Source of the DNA: Bacteroidales bacterium
Lineage (GTDB): Bacteria > Bacteroidota > Bacteroidia > Bacteroidales > JBGRPZ01
Direction: 5' to 3'
DNA length: 64,000 nt
Assembly (NCBI GenBank): GCA_041725955.1
Contig: JBGRQE010000004.1
Coordinates: 76,643 to 140,642, forward strand
Shown here in pieces: positions 10,831 to 20,164 of the stretch. The notes beneath the pieces are model-generated. The model worked only from the letters and a program-made list of their open reading frames with translations. It was not told the DNA's origin and did no database searches. How positions within the stretch are numbered: position 1 is the first letter of the stretch; each line of letters begins with the position of its first letter. Both the position numbers and the translations under genes were made by a program.

Positions 10831-11460
10831 ATGAATCAGGATAAACTGTCAAAAAGTTATTTATTGATACCCCTTTTGGGATTGATAATTTCATTCGTCT
10901 TTTCTGTGCTTTGGATAACTCCTCATTCCGAGCACTCGGTGCGTTTTTGCTTACGCTCAACAGCATTGGTGTCATGGGTTTTTTATATGATTGCTTTTTT
11001 ATCTGCTGCTGCCCCAAAGATTTTTAAAAATTCTTTTGGGAAAAAATGGCGTCGTATAGGTATATTCTTCTTTTGGGGGTTTATAGCAAGTCATACGGTT
11101 CATCTCACTAATATTTATTATCTGGTTGATGTCTATTATGGGGGAGATCCAACGCATTTAAGTAATTATTTTCCAAAGATGGGATATATATTTATATATG
11201 TAATGTTTTTAATGAGTCTAAAACCTGTTCAAAATGTCTTGGGTCAAAAGCTATGTGCTGAGTTCTTAAGTTTTGCAGTTTACTATATTATGTTTGCCTT
11301 TACTTATGGCCTTTTTGATATAACTACAGCTTCTTTTAATCTTATACAGTTTATCTTATACTTAATTACTTGGATTGTAATATTTATTAGAGGATTTTCT
11401 AAACCTGGTTTTGATAATATAAAGGTTCGTCAAACAGATAATGTAATCCTCCCTTGGTAA
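10831..11460 (+). CDS. hypothetical polytopic membrane protein
   Basis: 209-aa ORF with about six hydrophobic helices and conserved-looking His residues in helices. No family recognised. Confidence 0.5.
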   Translation: MNQDKLSKSYLLIPLLGLIISFVFSVLWITPHSEHSVRFCLRSTALVSWVFYMIAFLSAAAPKIFKNSFGKKWRRIGIFFFWGFIASHTVHLTNIYYLVDVYYGGDPTHLSNYFPKMGYIFIYVMFLMSLKPVQNVLGQKLCAEFLSFAVYYIMFAFTYGLFDITTASFNLIQFILYLITWIVIFIRGFSKPGFDNIKVRQTDNVILPW

Positions 11461-11532
11461 ATCCTTATCTATCAGGATTCGAAAAGTAGTTTATAATGGG
11501 ATTGCACATATTAACGTTCTGATAAAAATCAT

Positions 11533-11540
11533 TACATTTG
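11533..11540 (+). promoter_or_regulatory. Bacteroidota-type -7 promoter box TACATTTG upstream of prfA
   Basis: Matches TAnnTTTG, 23 nt upstream of the prfA ATG, followed by CTCAAAAAA. Confidence 0.4.
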
Positions 11541-11563
11541 TCCCTCAAAAAATAGGAACACGA

Positions 11564-12640
11564 ATGCTTGACAAATTAGAAGCTATAAAAAGACGGTACG
11601 AAGAGATTGCCGAACAGATGAATGATCCTGCTTCCCAAGCAGATATGAAGAAATTCATTCAGTTGAATAAAGATTATAAAGAGCTTGAGCCTGTAGTACA
11701 TGCCTATAAAAAATATAAAAATGTACTAGATAATATTGAGTCGGCAAAAGAGGTCTTAGAAACAGAAACTGATGACGATTTTCGTTCCATGGCCAAGGAG
11801 GAGTTAAGTGAAATGACTACCAGAAAGGGTGAAATGGAAGAAGAGATTCGTTTGTTAATGATTCCTTCTGATCCAGCTGATAATAAAAATGCCATTCTTG
11901 AAATTCGTGCAGGTACAGGTGGAGATGAAGCAAGTCTTTTTGCAGGTGACCTTTATCGAATGTATACAAAATATGCTGAAACCAAAGGTTGGAAAACTGA
12001 AGTGGTCGATCTTACCGAAGGTACCATGGGTGGGTATAAGGAAGTCATAATGAATGTTAGCGGTGATAATGTGTATGGAATTTTAAAATACGAATCGGGT
12101 GTGCATCGTGTACAACGTGTACCAAAAACCGAAACCCAAGGACGTATTCATACTTCTGCTGCATCTATTGTTGTTTTGCCTGAAGCTGAAGATTTTGATA
12201 TTGATTTGAAAGAAAGCGATATTCGTAAAGATATATTTTGCTCTAGTGGACCTGGTGGACAATCGGTAAATACTACTTATTCAGCGGTTCGTTTAACCCA
12301 CGTTCCTACCGGTGTTGTAGCTACCTGTCAGGATGAAAAATCTCAGATAAAAAACCTTGCCAAAGCTATGAAGGTATTGCGTTCCAGAATTTATGAAATG
12401 GAATACCAAAAGTATATGGAAGAGGTTTGCTCAAAAAGAAAAACCATGGTTTCTACTGGAGACCGTTCTGCAAAGATTCGTACCTACAACTGGCCTCAAG
12501 GTCGTGTAACTGATCATAGAATAGGACTTACCTTATATAATTTGCAAGATATTATTGGTGGTTCTATTCAGGAAATTATTGATAAGCTACAACTGGCTGA
12601 GAACGCTGAGAAATTAAAAGCGGAATTTGGTGATGAATAA
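11564..12640 (+). CDS. prfA: peptide chain release factor 1
   Basis: 358 aa. GGQ motif [13 protein letters not shown]1-type P-x-T tripeptide (PKT) followed by QGRIHTS. Confidence 0.95.
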   Translation: MLDKLEAIKRRYEEIAEQMNDPASQADMKKFIQLNKDYKELEPVVHAYKKYKNVLDNIESAKEVLETETDDDFRSMAKEELSEMTTRKGEMEEEIRLLMIPSDPADNKNAILEIRAGTGGDEASLFAGDLYRMYTKYAETKGWKTEVVDLTEGTMGGYKEVIMNVSGDNVYGILKYESGVHRVQRVPKTETQGRIHTSAASIVVLPEAEDFDIDLKESDIRKDIFCSSGPGGQSVNTTYSAVRLTHVPTGVVATCQDEKSQIKNLAKAMKVLRSRIYEMEYQKYMEEVCSKRKTMVSTGDRSAKIRTYNWPQGRVTDHRIGLTLYNLQDIIGGSIQEIIDKLQLAENAEKLKAEFGDE

Positions 12641-13466
12641 GCAGCAGTTGGTCGATATAATAAAAAAGAAGAGGTCTTTCCTTTGTGTAGGACTGGATTC
12701 TGATTTGGATAAAATTCCTGATTTTTTGCTTAGTGAGGAAGATCCTGTTTTTGCTTTTAACAAGCAAATTATAGATGCTACTTTACCTTATGCAGTTGCT
12801 TATAAGCCTAATATAGCATTTTATGAAAGTAGAGGAATTGAAGGTTGGAAAAGTTTAGAGCGTACAATGAATTATTTGGCGCAATTTTCTGATGAAGCTT
12901 TTACGATTGCTGATGCAAAAAGAGGTGACATCGGAAATACTTCTAAGCAGTATGCCAAGACCTTCTTTGAGTATATGAATTTTGATTCTATTACTGTTGC
13001 TCCTTATATGGGTGAAGATTCGGTAACTCCTTTTTTAGAGTATAAAGATAAGATAGTGATACTGCTTGCTTTAACTTCTAATAAAGGTGCATTTGATTTT
13101 CAATTTATCGAAAATAAGGATACTCATAAACGTCTTTTTGAAGAAGTTCTTGCAAAAAGTTGTGAATGGGGAAATGAAGAAAATATGATGTATGTTGTAG
13201 GAGCAACTAAAACTGAAATGCTCATGGATATACGACAAGTTATTCCCGATCATTTTCTTCTTGTACCCGGAGTAGGAGCTCAGGGGGGAAGCCTTGAGCA
13301 GGTTGCTAAATATGGCTTGAATAAAGATTGCGGCCTTTTGGTTAATTCTAGTAGAGGAATTATCTTTGCTTCTAAAGAAACTGATTTTGCAAGTATTGCT
13401 GCAGTGAAGGCAAAAGAATTGCAAGAACAAATGGCGCAAATGTTAGAAAAAGCTCGTATTATATAG
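12633..13466 (+). CDS. pyrF: orotidine 5'-phosphate decarboxylase (type 2)
   Basis: Motifs [29 protein letters not shown] at 12633 overlaps the prfA stop (ATGAATAA); the ORF track starts at the TTG at 12627. Confidence 0.9.
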   Translation: MNKQQLVDIIKKKRSFLCVGLDSDLDKIPDFLLSEEDPVFAFNKQIIDATLPYAVAYKPNIAFYESRGIEGWKSLERTMNYLAQFSDEAFTIADAKRGDIGNTSKQYAKTFFEYMNFDSITVAPYMGEDSVTPFLEYKDKIVILLALTSNKGAFDFQFIENKDTHKRLFEEVLAKSCEWGNEENMMYVVGATKTEMLMDIRQVIPDHFLLVPGVGAQGGSLEQVAKYGLNKDCGLLVNSSRGIIFASKETDFASIAAVKAKELQEQMAQMLEKARII

Positions 13467-13480
13467 ATATAAGTATCTGA

Positions 13481-13523
13481 TAAAAAAAGCTTGTTTTTGC
13501 CAAGAGCAAAACAAGCTTTTTTT
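13481..13523. terminator. bidirectional terminator between pyrF and the wHTH gene
   Basis: A7 - AGCTTGTTTT(T)GC...GCAAAACAAGCT - T8. Confidence 0.8.
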
Positions 13524-13546
13524 TATGTATCAAGATATTCAAAAAA

Positions 13547-13825
13547 TTATTTGTCAACAATTTTATCGAAAGGGATTAGAAAACCCTCTTTTGTCCTTTT
13601 GCCAAATCCAACTACAAAATCACCTATGTCTTCTTCAAAATAATAGGTCCCTTTTTTTCTGGAAAACTTTATGTTGGCGCCTTTAGCGTTTAGGTCTTCC
13701 AATCGGGAATAAAAAGTTGTTTTTGAAATGCCTAACTTTCTTGAGAATGAAATTGGTCCACCTGTAGTTTCACTTTTGATCTTCCAACACATATGGCTGA
13801 TTTGGCTATTTTTTGAATTATCCAT
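13547..13825 (-). CDS. small stand-alone winged-helix/HTH protein (hypothetical)
   Basis: 92-aa ORF. Central GPISFSRKLGISKTTFYSRLEDLNAKGANIKFSRKKGTYYF resembles an HTH_11-type wHTH plus wing. An alternative start is Met12 (13792). Confidence 0.5.
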   Translation of the reverse strand: MDNSKNSQISHMCWKIKSETTGGPISFSRKLGISKTTFYSRLEDLNAKGANIKFSRKKGTYYFEEDIGDFVVGFGKRTKEGFLIPFDKIVDK

Positions 13826-13843
13826 TCTATTAGAGTTTTAAAT

Positions 13844-13866
13844 CTAAGGAGGACTTGAGACTCAAG
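13844..13866. promoter_or_regulatory. operator-like site: inverted copy of the repeat core (CTAAGGAGG) plus perfect palindrome CTTGAG-A-CTCAAG
   Basis: Palindrome 13854-13866 lies 29-41 bp upstream of the wHTH ATG (13825). The adjacent 13844-13852 is the reverse complement of the CCTCCT(T)AG repeat core. Confidence 0.4.
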
Positions 13867-14039
13867 AAACAAATTTAAGAATAAATACTATTTTATCAAT
13901 TATTTCTTTATCTTTTTGTATTCAATTTAAATTGATCTGAATTCAATATTTTTATCCTTAACTATAAAGAGGTGTTTTAAAGGTATTAATTATGCTTAAC
14001 CTTAACTTTGATATTCTCCAAGAGATACTTTTTATGGAT

Positions 14040-14171
14040 CTTAAACCTCCTAGATATTTGATAAAAACCTCCTAGGTATTTAGTAAAAACCTCCTAGATA
14101 TTTAGTAAAAACCTCCTAGGTATTTAGTAAAAACCTCCTAGGTATTTAGTGAAAATGCAGTAGGTTTATGG
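14040..14171. repeat. six head-to-tail 22-bp direct repeats (iteron-like array), consensus TAAAAACCTCCTAGRTATTTAG
   Basis: Units start at 14040 (17/22), 14062, 14084 (one G>A), 14106, 14128 and 14150 (13/22). Units 14062, 14106 and 14128 are identical. There are no spacers, and the period is not a multiple of 3. Confidence 0.9.
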
Positions 14172-14273
14172 GTAATCAATATTATTGCTGGTAGTTATTT
14201 AAGGTAGTAATGATTGCTGTAGATAGCTGTATATTTAGTTTTGGTATATGCTATGATTCTAATAGATTTGATA

Positions 14274-14303
14274 TAAAAAAAACCATCTCATTTGAGATGG
14301 TTT
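14274..14303 (-). terminator. rny terminator
   Basis: AACCATCTCA / TGAGATGGTT stem preceded by A8 on the plus strand, which is a U-run on the minus strand. Confidence 0.8.
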
Positions 14304-14328
14304 TCCTTTATTTTAAGACAGGCAGATT

Positions 14329-15873
14329 TTATTTTGCAAAGTTAATTGCTCTGGTTTCGCGTATTACAGTAATTTTAATCTGTCCTGGATAAGTCATTTC
14401 ATTCTGAATTTTGCGAGATAATTCATAAGAGATTTTTTCTGCTTCAAGATCTGAAACCTGTTCGGCAGCAACAATAACTCTTAATTCACGACCCGCTTGA
14501 ATGGCGTATGTTTTCATTACACCTTCATAGTCCATTGCCATTTCTTCAAGTTTGTGCAAACGTTGGATATATGCTTCCACAACTTCTCTACGAGCTCCAG
14601 GTCGAGCTCCAGAAATAGCATCACAAACCTGAACGATAGGTGCAAATAGAGAAGTCATTTCAACTTCGTCGTGGTGAGCACCAATTGCATTACAAACTTC
14701 TGGTTTTTCCTTAAACTTTTCAGCAAGTTTCATACCTATAATTGCGTGTGGCAATTCAGGTTCGTTATCAGGAACCTTACCTATATCGTGGAGCAAACCA
14801 GCTCTTTTCGCTTTTTTAGGATTCATTCCTAATTCAGAGGCCATTGTAGAAGCTAGTTTTGCTACTTCAATAGAGTGCTGTAATAAGTTCTGTCCGTAGG
14901 AAGATCTGTATTTCATTTTACCGATCAATCGAATTAGTTCAGGATGCATATTATGAATGCCAAGATCAATTATGGTTCTTTTTCCTGTTTCAACGATTTC
15001 ATGTTCAACTTGTTTTTTGATTTTTGTAACCACTTCTTCGATACGTGCAGGGTGGATACGTCCATCAGACACCAATTTTTGAAGTGATAAACGTGCAATT
15101 TCTCTTCTTACAGGATCAAATCCTGAAAGGATAATTGCTTCTGGAGAATCATCGATAATGATTTCAATGCCAGTCAAAGCTTCAAGGGCTCTAATATTTC
15201 TACCCTCACGGCCAATTATACGACCTTTGATTTCATCATTTTCGATATTGAATACAGATACGGTATTTTCTATTGCATGCTCTGCAGCTGTGCGTTGCAT
15301 GGTTTCTATAATCATTTTTTTGGCTTCCTGGTTTGCAGAAAGTTTAGCCTCTTCAACTATGTCCTTAATTTGAACCATAGCTTCAGAGCGAGCCTCTTCA
15401 ACCATGCCTTCTTTAAGTTTTTCTTTAGCTTCTTCTGCAGAATAACCTGAAATTTCTTCTAGTTTAGAGTTTTGATTATCAATGATAATTTCAAGTTCTC
15501 CTTGTTTTTTATTTACAAGATTTACTTGATTGGTTAGGCTTTGCTTGATTGTATTAATCTCTTTATTTTTCTTGTTAAGATCTTCAAGCTTTGAGTTTAA
15601 ATTTGACTCTTTCTGTCTTAGTCTATTTTCGACTTTTTGTAGCTGTTGATTCTTTTCGTTTATCAACTTTTCATGATCAGTCTTTAGCTGAAGAAATTTT
15701 TCTTTAGCTTGCAAAATCTTATCCTTTTTCATTACCTCCGCTTGTTTCTCAGCTTCTTCGATAATGTGGATATGCTTCTTCTCCAAGACCTTTTTAAGAA
15801 GCGTTCTTCCTAAAGCGAGGCCTATTCCAACTCCCACAATGATAGCTACAACTATAAACAATATATTTTCCAT
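14329..15873 (-). CDS. rny: ribonuclease Y
   Basis: N-terminal TM helix, long coiled coil, KH domain ([15 protein letters not shown]), HD domain (HSIEVA...LLHDIGK). ATG at 15873 is preferred, because the ORF-track extension to 15930 overlaps the 3' stem and U-tract of the upstream structured RNA. Confidence 0.93.
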   Translation of the reverse strand: MENILFIVVAIIVGVGIGLALGRTLLKKVLEKKHIHIIEEAEKQAEVMKKDKILQAKEKFLQLKTDHEKLINEKNQQLQKVENRLRQKESNLNSKLEDLNKKNKEINTIKQSLTNQVNLVNKKQGELEIIIDNQNSKLEEISGYSAEEAKEKLKEGMVEEARSEAMVQIKDIVEEAKLSANQEAKKMIIETMQRTAAEHAIENTVSVFNIENDEIKGRIIGREGRNIRALEALTGIEIIIDDSPEAIILSGFDPVRREIARLSLQKLVSDGRIHPARIEEVVTKIKKQVEHEIVETGKRTIIDLGIHNMHPELIRLIGKMKYRSSYGQNLLQHSIEVAKLASTMASELGMNPKKAKRAGLLHDIGKVPDNEPELPHAIIGMKLAEKFKEKPEVCNAIGAHHDEVEMTSLFAPIVQVCDAISGARPGARREVVEAYIQRLHKLEEMAMDYEGVMKTYAIQAGRELRVIVAAEQVSDLEAEKISYELSRKIQNEMTYPGQIKITVIRETRAINFAK

Positions 15874-15919
15874 AAGGATTCGAATCTTTATGCTCTGGGG
15901 AAGGAATCTATAAAATGAG

Positions 15920-16112
15920 AAAAAACCCACTGAATGAGGGTGTTATGTAAACCCCAAAAAGACACTTATAGGGTTGCCGAACCATTCGAACGTCCACTGC
16001 TGTATAAATACAGACTTATAAATAAGTTGAGGCCTGTCCTACAAGCTCTTGAGCTAGACCCTAATTTTAATACTGTTGAGTTTACAAACAGCTTTCATCC
16101 AGCGGGTATATC
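15920..16112 (-). ncRNA. structured ncRNA candidate between zapA and rny (possibly 6S/SsrS-like)
   Basis: Visibly G+C-richer than its flanks. Three co-linear helices: a 12-bp closing stem CCCGCUGGAUGA (16106-16095) with UCAUUCAGUGGG (15937-15926), a 9-bp helix 16086-16078 with 15955-15947, and a 6-bp helix 16063-16058 with 15974-15969. The last two are separated by ~13-14-nt internal loops on both strands. A U6 tract follows the 3' stem. zapA adjacency recalls the zapA-ssrS arrangement in E. coli. Confidence 0.4.
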
Positions 16113-16133
16113 TTAAAATGTTGAAAGAACCAT

Positions 16134-16433
16134 TTACTCTTTCTTTTCGTCTAATTCAGTAGAGAGCACAGCATCAATTTCCATTAATCGATCATATACT
16201 TCACCTGTTTTTTGATCAATTTCTGTTTCTTTCTTAATGGAATTACTAGCAAATTGTAACACAATCATCGCCAACAAATCCTGCTTGTCTTTAAAAGCAT
16301 AACTCTTCGAGTAAGTTACAACTTTATCGTTGATTAGTGCCGCTGCCTTTCTAATTACTTGCTCTTCTTCTTTTTTGATAACCATCTTATATGGACGGTC
16401 AGCTATATTTAGACTAATGGTTACTTCATCCAT
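16134..16433 (-). CDS. zapA: cell division protein ZapA
   Basis: 99 aa. The pattern ISLNIADRPYKMVI...IRKAAALINDKV...KDKQDLLAMIVLQFAS is typical of Bacteroidota ZapA. Confidence 0.8.
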   Translation of the reverse strand: MDEVTISLNIADRPYKMVIKKEEEQVIRKAAALINDKVVTYSKSYAFKDKQDLLAMIVLQFASNSIKKETEIDQKTGEVYDRLMEIDAVLSTELDEKKE

Positions 16434-16457
16434 TTGTTGTCTTTATTATATATTGGG

Positions 16458-16745
16458 CTAATTTTCGAGAAAACTGATGCATTTGTCCAGATCTTGAATC
16501 AAAAGGTCAATCTTCTTCTTCATTTCCCTTGTCTCATTTCCAGATTCTTTTGCCCTAGCAAATTTTATATTATTGATCTCTTCTTGAAGATTTTGAATAT
16601 TTTCATTCTTCTTCAGAAGCTCTTCTCGTAATTGCCGATTTTCACTTCTAACTACATCTAGCTCTGCAATTACATCCCTTTGTATTTGCAGGAGTTTTGC
16701 AATTTTGTATTCAATTCCCGAAATAAGAAACTTAATATCTTCCAT
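16458..16745 (-). CDS. coiled-coil protein (ZapB-like, hypothetical)
   Basis: 95-aa heptad-rich ORF directly upstream of zapA. ATG at 16745 is preferred, because a TAACTTTG -7 box (16773-16780) lies inside the longer ORF-track version. Confidence 0.55.
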   Translation of the reverse strand: MEDIKFLISGIEYKIAKLLQIQRDVIAELDVVRSENRQLREELLKKNENIQNLQEEINNIKFARAKESGNETREMKKKIDLLIQDLDKCISFLEN

Positions 16746-16772
16746 GAAAATCAGAAATTTGCGATTCGCCTG

Positions 16773-16780
16773 CAAAGTTA
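16773..16780 (-). promoter_or_regulatory. -7 box TAACTTTG upstream of the ZapB-like/zapA/(RNA)/rny block
   Basis: Matches TAnnTTTG on the minus strand, 27 nt upstream of ATG 16745. Confidence 0.4.
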
Positions 16781-16992
16781 CTTAATATGGGTATAACTGT
16801 CAATACTTCCTATTTAGTATTTGTGTATTATTTTGCGAATTATTTATAAACAATTCAAAAGAAGCCATTTATTTATGAAAAAAAATAAAAAATAAATGAA
16901 ACGATTTGTGCTTTAATGGTATTTCTATAATGAATAAGCAATCATTTTTGGCAAATTTAATGATTTTCGCCAATATTTAGAACAATCATAAT

Positions 16993-18291
16993 ATGATAAA
17001 TCCTTCCCTTATTAGTGAAAAATTTATTCACTTTGTTTGGCAATATCAACTTTTTCATAAAGCTGTTTATCTTGTGTCTGGTGAATTACTCGAAGTACTC
17101 AATCCTGGTATGTTAAATTTGGATTCTGGTCCCGATTTTCTTTCTGCAAAAATTAGAATTGGACGTACCTTATGGGTAGGAAATGTAGAGATACATATAA
17201 ATGCTTCGGATTGGAAAAAGCATAAACACGATAATGATAAAGCCTATGACTCAGTGGTTTTGCATGTAGTTCTTAATTCTGATTGTTCAATATATCGTTT
17301 GAATGGTATAGAAATTCCTTGTTTGAATCTTGCCCATACTATTCCTGATTCTGTATTTACTACCTATCAAAAAATGCTTTTATCCGAAAAACCATATTGT
17401 GCGAATATGATTTCTTCAGTACCTGTATTTAATATAACTAAATGGTTGGAAAGGATGGGGGTTGAGCGTTTGACAACAAAGAGCTGTATATGCGATAAAG
17501 AGCTTGTGTATCGACAAAATTCGTGGGAAGAATGTTTTTTTACCTTTTTATGCCGCGCATTTGGAGGAAAAGTTAATCAAGATCCTTTCGAATGTTTGTC
17601 TCGAATTGTACCTATTAAGGCCTTGGCAAAGCAAAAGAATAATTTGGAAGATATTGAAGCCATTTTATTTGGACAGGCAGGTTTTTTTTGTGAAGAGCAG
17701 AGAATTAAGATACATGATAAATATTATAATCATTTGGTTGCAAATTATAAACATTTAAAGAACAAATACGGATTGGAGGAGATGGATTTTAAGTATTGGA
17801 AGTTTATGCGTATGCGCCCTGGAAATTTCCCAAGTATTCGTCTTGCTCAGTTGGCTTTTTTAATTCATTCTTCCTCTCACTTATTCCGACAAACTATAGA
17901 AGCAGAAAAAGTAGATGATTTGTTTCGGCTTATGGCTTGCACTGCTTCTTCTTATTGGGATACTCATTTTCGTTTTGGAGTAGAGTCTAAGAACAGAAAA
18001 AAACGGTTGGGAAGAGGAAGCCAACTTTCTATAGTTATAAATGGAATTATTCCTCTTATGTTTCTTTATGGAAAGCGCAAAGCTAAGCCCGAAGTTGTTG
18101 ACAAGGCTCTTTCTTTTCTGGATTCTTTACCCGTAGAGAAGAATGCAATTGTACAAAAGTTTCAAAAAATAAAAATGCCTTTATTTTCAGCAATGCACTC
18201 GCAAGCTGTCTTGCATTTATATAAAAACTATTGTTTGCAAAAAAGATGTTTGGATTGTGGAATTGGTTATTATTTATTGAGAATGGAATAG
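16993..18291 (+). CDS. DUF2851 family protein
   Basis: 432 aa. N-terminal EKFIHFVWQYQLF and C-terminal CLQKRCLDCGIG are as recalled for DUF2851. Function unknown. Confidence 0.65.
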   Translation: MINPSLISEKFIHFVWQYQLFHKAVYLVSGELLEVLNPGMLNLDSGPDFLSAKIRIGRTLWVGNVEIHINASDWKKHKHDNDKAYDSVVLHVVLNSDCSIYRLNGIEIPCLNLAHTIPDSVFTTYQKMLLSEKPYCANMISSVPVFNITKWLERMGVERLTTKSCICDKELVYRQNSWEECFFTFLCRAFGGKVNQDPFECLSRIVPIKALAKQKNNLEDIEAILFGQAGFFCEEQRIKIHDKYYNHLVANYKHLKNKYGLEEMDFKYWKFMRMRPGNFPSIRLAQLAFLIHSSSHLFRQTIEAEKVDDLFRLMACTASSYWDTHFRFGVESKNRKKRLGRGSQLSIVINGIIPLMFLYGKRKAKPEVVDKALSFLDSLPVEKNAIVQKFQKIKMPLFSAMHSQAVLHLYKNYCLQKRCLDCGIGYYLLRME

Positions 18292-18346
18292 ATTTGTTTC
18301 TATTCGTACAGAAATGAAATTATTATAACTTCGAAGCGTTGTTGTG

Positions 18347-18700
18347 ATGTGTTCTTTTGAATGGGAAAAAATGACAGAAACTTTATTGGATTTGATTAGG
18401 CCTGGTATTCATTATGGGTTACATTTTGTAGCTCCTTTGGGTATCGCATATGTTTTTTATAGGAAGAATTATTTGAGAGTTTACTTAATTCTACTCGCTA
18501 CAATGTTAGTAGATTTAGATCATTTATTAGCTACTCCTTTATTCGATCCTTGTAGATGTAGTGTAGGTTTTCACCCCTTACATTCTTATGTTGCTATAGT
18601 TATATATGCAATACTATTATTTTTTCCAAAAATTCGAATTATTGCAATAGGACTATTGTTTCATATGTTAACTGATTATCTTGATTGTTTGTGGCTATAA
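18347..18700 (+). CDS. small membrane protein (DUF6122-like, hypothetical)
   Basis: ~117 aa with four hydrophobic helices. GIHYGLHFVAPL and DLDHLLATP motifs. Start uncertain (GTG 18344, ATG 18347 or ATG 18371). Confidence 0.5.
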   Translation: MCSFEWEKMTETLLDLIRPGIHYGLHFVAPLGIAYVFYRKNYLRVYLILLATMLVDLDHLLATPLFDPCRCSVGFHPLHSYVAIVIYAILLFFPKIRIIAIGLLFHMLTDYLDCLWL

Positions 18701-18710
18701 ATTATTCCAT

Positions 18711-19217
18711 TTATTGAACCAGGTCTTCGGCTTTGTCAATTAATAGTTTACGTCGCACTTTTTTTCTTAAAGCCAACCATGGAAGCGATATTCCTATAGT
18801 TAATACCAGTAAGATAAAGAATAGCCTTAAACCATTTTGAGTAGCAGAGAAAAATAAAGTTTGCTCACTTTGAATATTATCAGACAGAGCGAGTTTTACC
18901 ACTCCTAAAAGAGTTTTATATCCATAATAGCCAGGAATCATTGGAATAATTGAAGGGATAGAAAGCACAAAAGGGCTGGTATGTTTTTTACTTGAAAAAG
19001 GGATGCTTGCAAAACCTACAAAACCTGAAGCAATAAAACTAGCAATAATTATTCCTACGTCCAGATGAATTGCAGAAAACTTTATTAGACCAGCAATGGC
19101 ACCCAAGCTGAAAACAGGAATTATTGTTCGGTTAGGAATATTAAATAATATTCCAAAGCCTGCTGCAGCAACTCCAGACCAAATTACCTTGAATAATATT
19201 GTATAAATGATTTCCAT
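18711..19217 (-). CDS. threonine/serine exporter family protein, small subunit (ThrE_2/YjjB-like)
   Basis: ~168 aa, 4-5 TM helices. Begins 4 nt after the upstream ThrE-like gene stop. ATG at 19217 preferred over the ORF-track 19259. Confidence 0.7.
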   Translation of the reverse strand: MEIIYTILFKVIWSGVAAAGFGILFNIPNRTIIPVFSLGAIAGLIKFSAIHLDVGIIIASFIASGFVGFASIPFSSKKHTSPFVLSIPSIIPMIPGYYGYKTLLGVVKLALSDNIQSEQTLFFSATQNGLRLFFILLVLTIGISLPWLALRKKVRRKLLIDKAEDLVQ

Positions 19218-19221
19218 CCTT

Positions 19222-20025
19222 CTAGATTTTTGAAATATCGAATAGGTACATAGCAACAAAAAGTCCTAAGGCTATTGAGAAGATGATTAAAAGTCCGTTT
19301 ATAAGCCTTACTAATCCGTTTATAATATATCCTTCAGTGAAATCGGTAAAGGAATTTACCAAGGGGACACCTGGAATAAGAAATAGTACAGAAGTAGCTA
19401 GTGCTATTTCTGGTTTATAACCTAGATTAAATATTATTCCTATTGATGCTATTGCAGAGGCAATAAAGGCACTGGTAAAAACAATTACATAGGGATTGTG
19501 ATTTCTTTTTGCTCCCTCTTGCCGGCTAAGTAAACCGAAGAATGTAGCTATAAATGTAATAATCATATTTAGCCAGTTTCCTCCAAAGATTTCGCAAAAT
19601 GCAGCCCCGGCAAATGATACTGCTAATAGAATAACTATTCTTGGGTAATGTTTTAGATTCTCAATTCTTTCAATTTCCTTTTCAATTTGAGAGTAAGACC
19701 ATTTTTCATTCAGAGCATGGAAACTTGCTTTACTTAGAGCTGAAACCTTTTTGAAGTTTACCCCTATGGGATCAAGAGTTTTTACGGAAGTTTTAAATTC
19801 TTCAGTTTCTTTATCTTTAAGGGTCATTATAAATTTGGTATGAGTCATAAATACTTTAACCTGAAACCCTAAGGTGGTAGCAAATTGATTTATTATTAGT
19901 AATATTCTATATGTACTGGCTCCCGAAGACATTAACATTGCCGAAATTTTTAATAATATGTCTAAGGATCCAATAAGATGAGAGTTTTTATCTGTAATCT
20001 TATTCTTTTCCGCTTCTTCAGTCAT
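19222..20025 (-). CDS. threonine/serine exporter family protein, large subunit (ThrE/YjjP-like)
   Basis: 267 aa. Soluble N-terminal half then five TM helices. Paired with the small subunit as in yjjP-yjjB. Confidence 0.7.
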   Translation of the reverse strand: MTEEAEKNKITDKNSHLIGSLDILLKISAMLMSSGASTYRILLIINQFATTLGFQVKVFMTHTKFIMTLKDKETEEFKTSVKTLDPIGVNFKKVSALSKASFHALNEKWSYSQIEKEIERIENLKHYPRIVILLAVSFAGAAFCEIFGGNWLNMIITFIATFFGLLSRQEGAKRNHNPYVIVFTSAFIASAIASIGIIFNLGYKPEIALATSVLFLIPGVPLVNSFTDFTEGYIINGLVRLINGLLIIFSIALGLFVAMYLFDISKI

Positions 20026-20108
20026 TTCGTTTAGCGTTTTGTTTTAGGAAACTGAATAAAGAGAAACTTGTTCAGAGGAGTCTTATTTTATTTAATGATG
20101 ATTTTTTA

Positions 20109-20146
20109 TAAAAAAAAAGAGATTGTCCAAAACGAACAATCTCTTT
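20109..20146 (-). terminator. purM terminator
   Basis: AGAGATTGT / ACAATCTCT stem (20118-20144), with A9 on the plus side giving a U-run on the minus strand. Confidence 0.8.
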
Positions 20147-20164
20147 TAATATAATTTATGAATT

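Noticed and set aside
14040-14171. Tandem repeat considered as a CRISPR array, and the AGGAGG on its reverse strand considered as Shine-Dalgarno sites.
   Set aside because: The units are contiguous with no spacers, are only 22 bp long, and no cas genes are nearby. No ORF follows any AGGAGG, and Bacteroidota largely do not use SD-led initiation.
15934-16116. 60-aa plus-strand ORF between rny and zapA.
   Set aside because: It coincides with the structured, G+C-rich spacer and runs opposite to the flanking operon. It has no motifs, and the region is better explained as a minus-strand ncRNA.
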